A stretch of DNA of 25,795 nt from a virus (Duplodnaviria > Caudoviricetes). Each line of letters starts with the position of its first letter. Position 1 is the stretch's first letter. The stretch is from IMG/VR virus record IMGVR_UViG_3300010362_001270, positions 1 through 25,795 of that record, one strand, 5' to 3'. Made by a program: the position numbers and the translations under genes. The notes under the pieces are model-generated. The model saw only the letters and a list, made by a program, of their open reading frames with translations, did no database searches and was not told the DNA's origin. This document shows positions 25,240 through 25,795 of this stretch, piece by piece.

Positions 25240-25574
25240 TGGCTATAAGTTTAAAAAAAGATGATAATCGGATCACAGTTTTAGGAGCGGTATCTTCCAG
25301 CGATGGAACAACTATCATTGCTTTGTGGGCTGATCCGGTAACTCATCGATTATTAGTAGATGCAAGCGGTGGAGGCGGAAGCGGCTTTACGCTTTTGCCG
25401 GCAACCGGCACTGTTAATGGAAGCAATAAGGCTTTTACTTTTACTCAATTGCCGACATATATTGTCAGCGATGGTCTTTGGTATCGGCAGAATGTCGGCT
25501 GGACTTGGAATGCTGGTAGTTTAACCGCAACTATGACAGCGGCTCCACAAACCGATATATGGGGGTTTGTATGA
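25239..25574 (+). CDS. small virion-type protein: one ~40-aa repeat plus a domain paralogous to 14604..14879
   Basis: KKDDNRITVLGAVSSSDGTTIIALWADPVTHRLLVD, GGGGS linker, GTVNGSNKAFT. Confidence 0.75.
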   Translation: MAISLKKDDNRITVLGAVSSSDGTTIIALWADPVTHRLLVDASGGGGSGFTLLPATGTVNGSNKAFTFTQLPTYIVSDGLWYRQNVGWTWNAGSLTATMTAAPQTDIWGFV

Positions 25575-25795
25575 GGAAATTACTTTATTTATTGATTCCT
25601 TTAGGTTTGGTATTGCCGATGGTTGTTTTTGCTGTAAATGTCAGCGTGCCGCAACCGACTCAATTCGGTGATCTGGTAACTGGACAGGCTACTTCAAGCA
25701 ATTATCAATTATTGCATCCCGGGACAGATGGACAGTTTTTGCTTGCATCTTCAACCTCTCCCAATGGTTTAGCTTGGGGTAATGCCAGCAGTGCG
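25571..25795 (+). CDS. 5' part of a signal-peptide-bearing fibre-like protein (runs off the window end)
   Basis: ATGA-coupled; MRKLLYLLIPLGLVLPMVVFA|VNVSVPQ...PGTDGQFLLASSTSPNGLAW; no stop before the window end. Confidence 0.7.
   Translation, partial: MRKLLYLLIPLGLVLPMVVFAVNVSVPQPTQFGDLVTGQATSSNYQLLHPGTDGQFLLASSTSPNGLAWGNASSA

Noticed and set aside
1-25795. Stop-codon reassignment
   Set aside because: Long genes are intact in code 11, and TAA, TAG and TGA all terminate genes at sensible junctions

Overview
Virion-morphogenesis region of a tailed dsDNA phage, probably podovirus-like because no tape-measure, sheath or tube gene is seen. Almost all genes are on the + strand and use the standard genetic code. 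Order: small ORFs including a tiny lipoprotein, phage-encoded GroEL and GroES, a ParB-like protein, TerS, GpA-type TerL, portal, six small Lys-rich proteins sharing a KxxMAxKM motif, and scaffold. Next come the major capsid gene split by a group I intron carrying a LAGLIDADG endonuclease, decoration proteins, a free-standing NUMOD3-HNH endonuclease, a beta-helix spike/fibre, tail nozzle and adaptor-like genes, and ejection proteins (one with a lysozyme-like domain). A divergent, structured non-coding region and a second fibre module end the window. Main highlights: (1) the capsid intron appears to end in A rather than the near-universal omega-G; (2) five promoters share a TATCCCCA box fused to the -35, and most are leaderless; (3) two fibre-like proteins begin with Sec-type signal or anchor sequences, each behind a paralogous small gene; (4) an array of motif-tagged basic microproteins; (5) candidate structured RNAs. 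A Patescibacteria/CPR-like host is an inference only. All calls were made by eye, without database searches.
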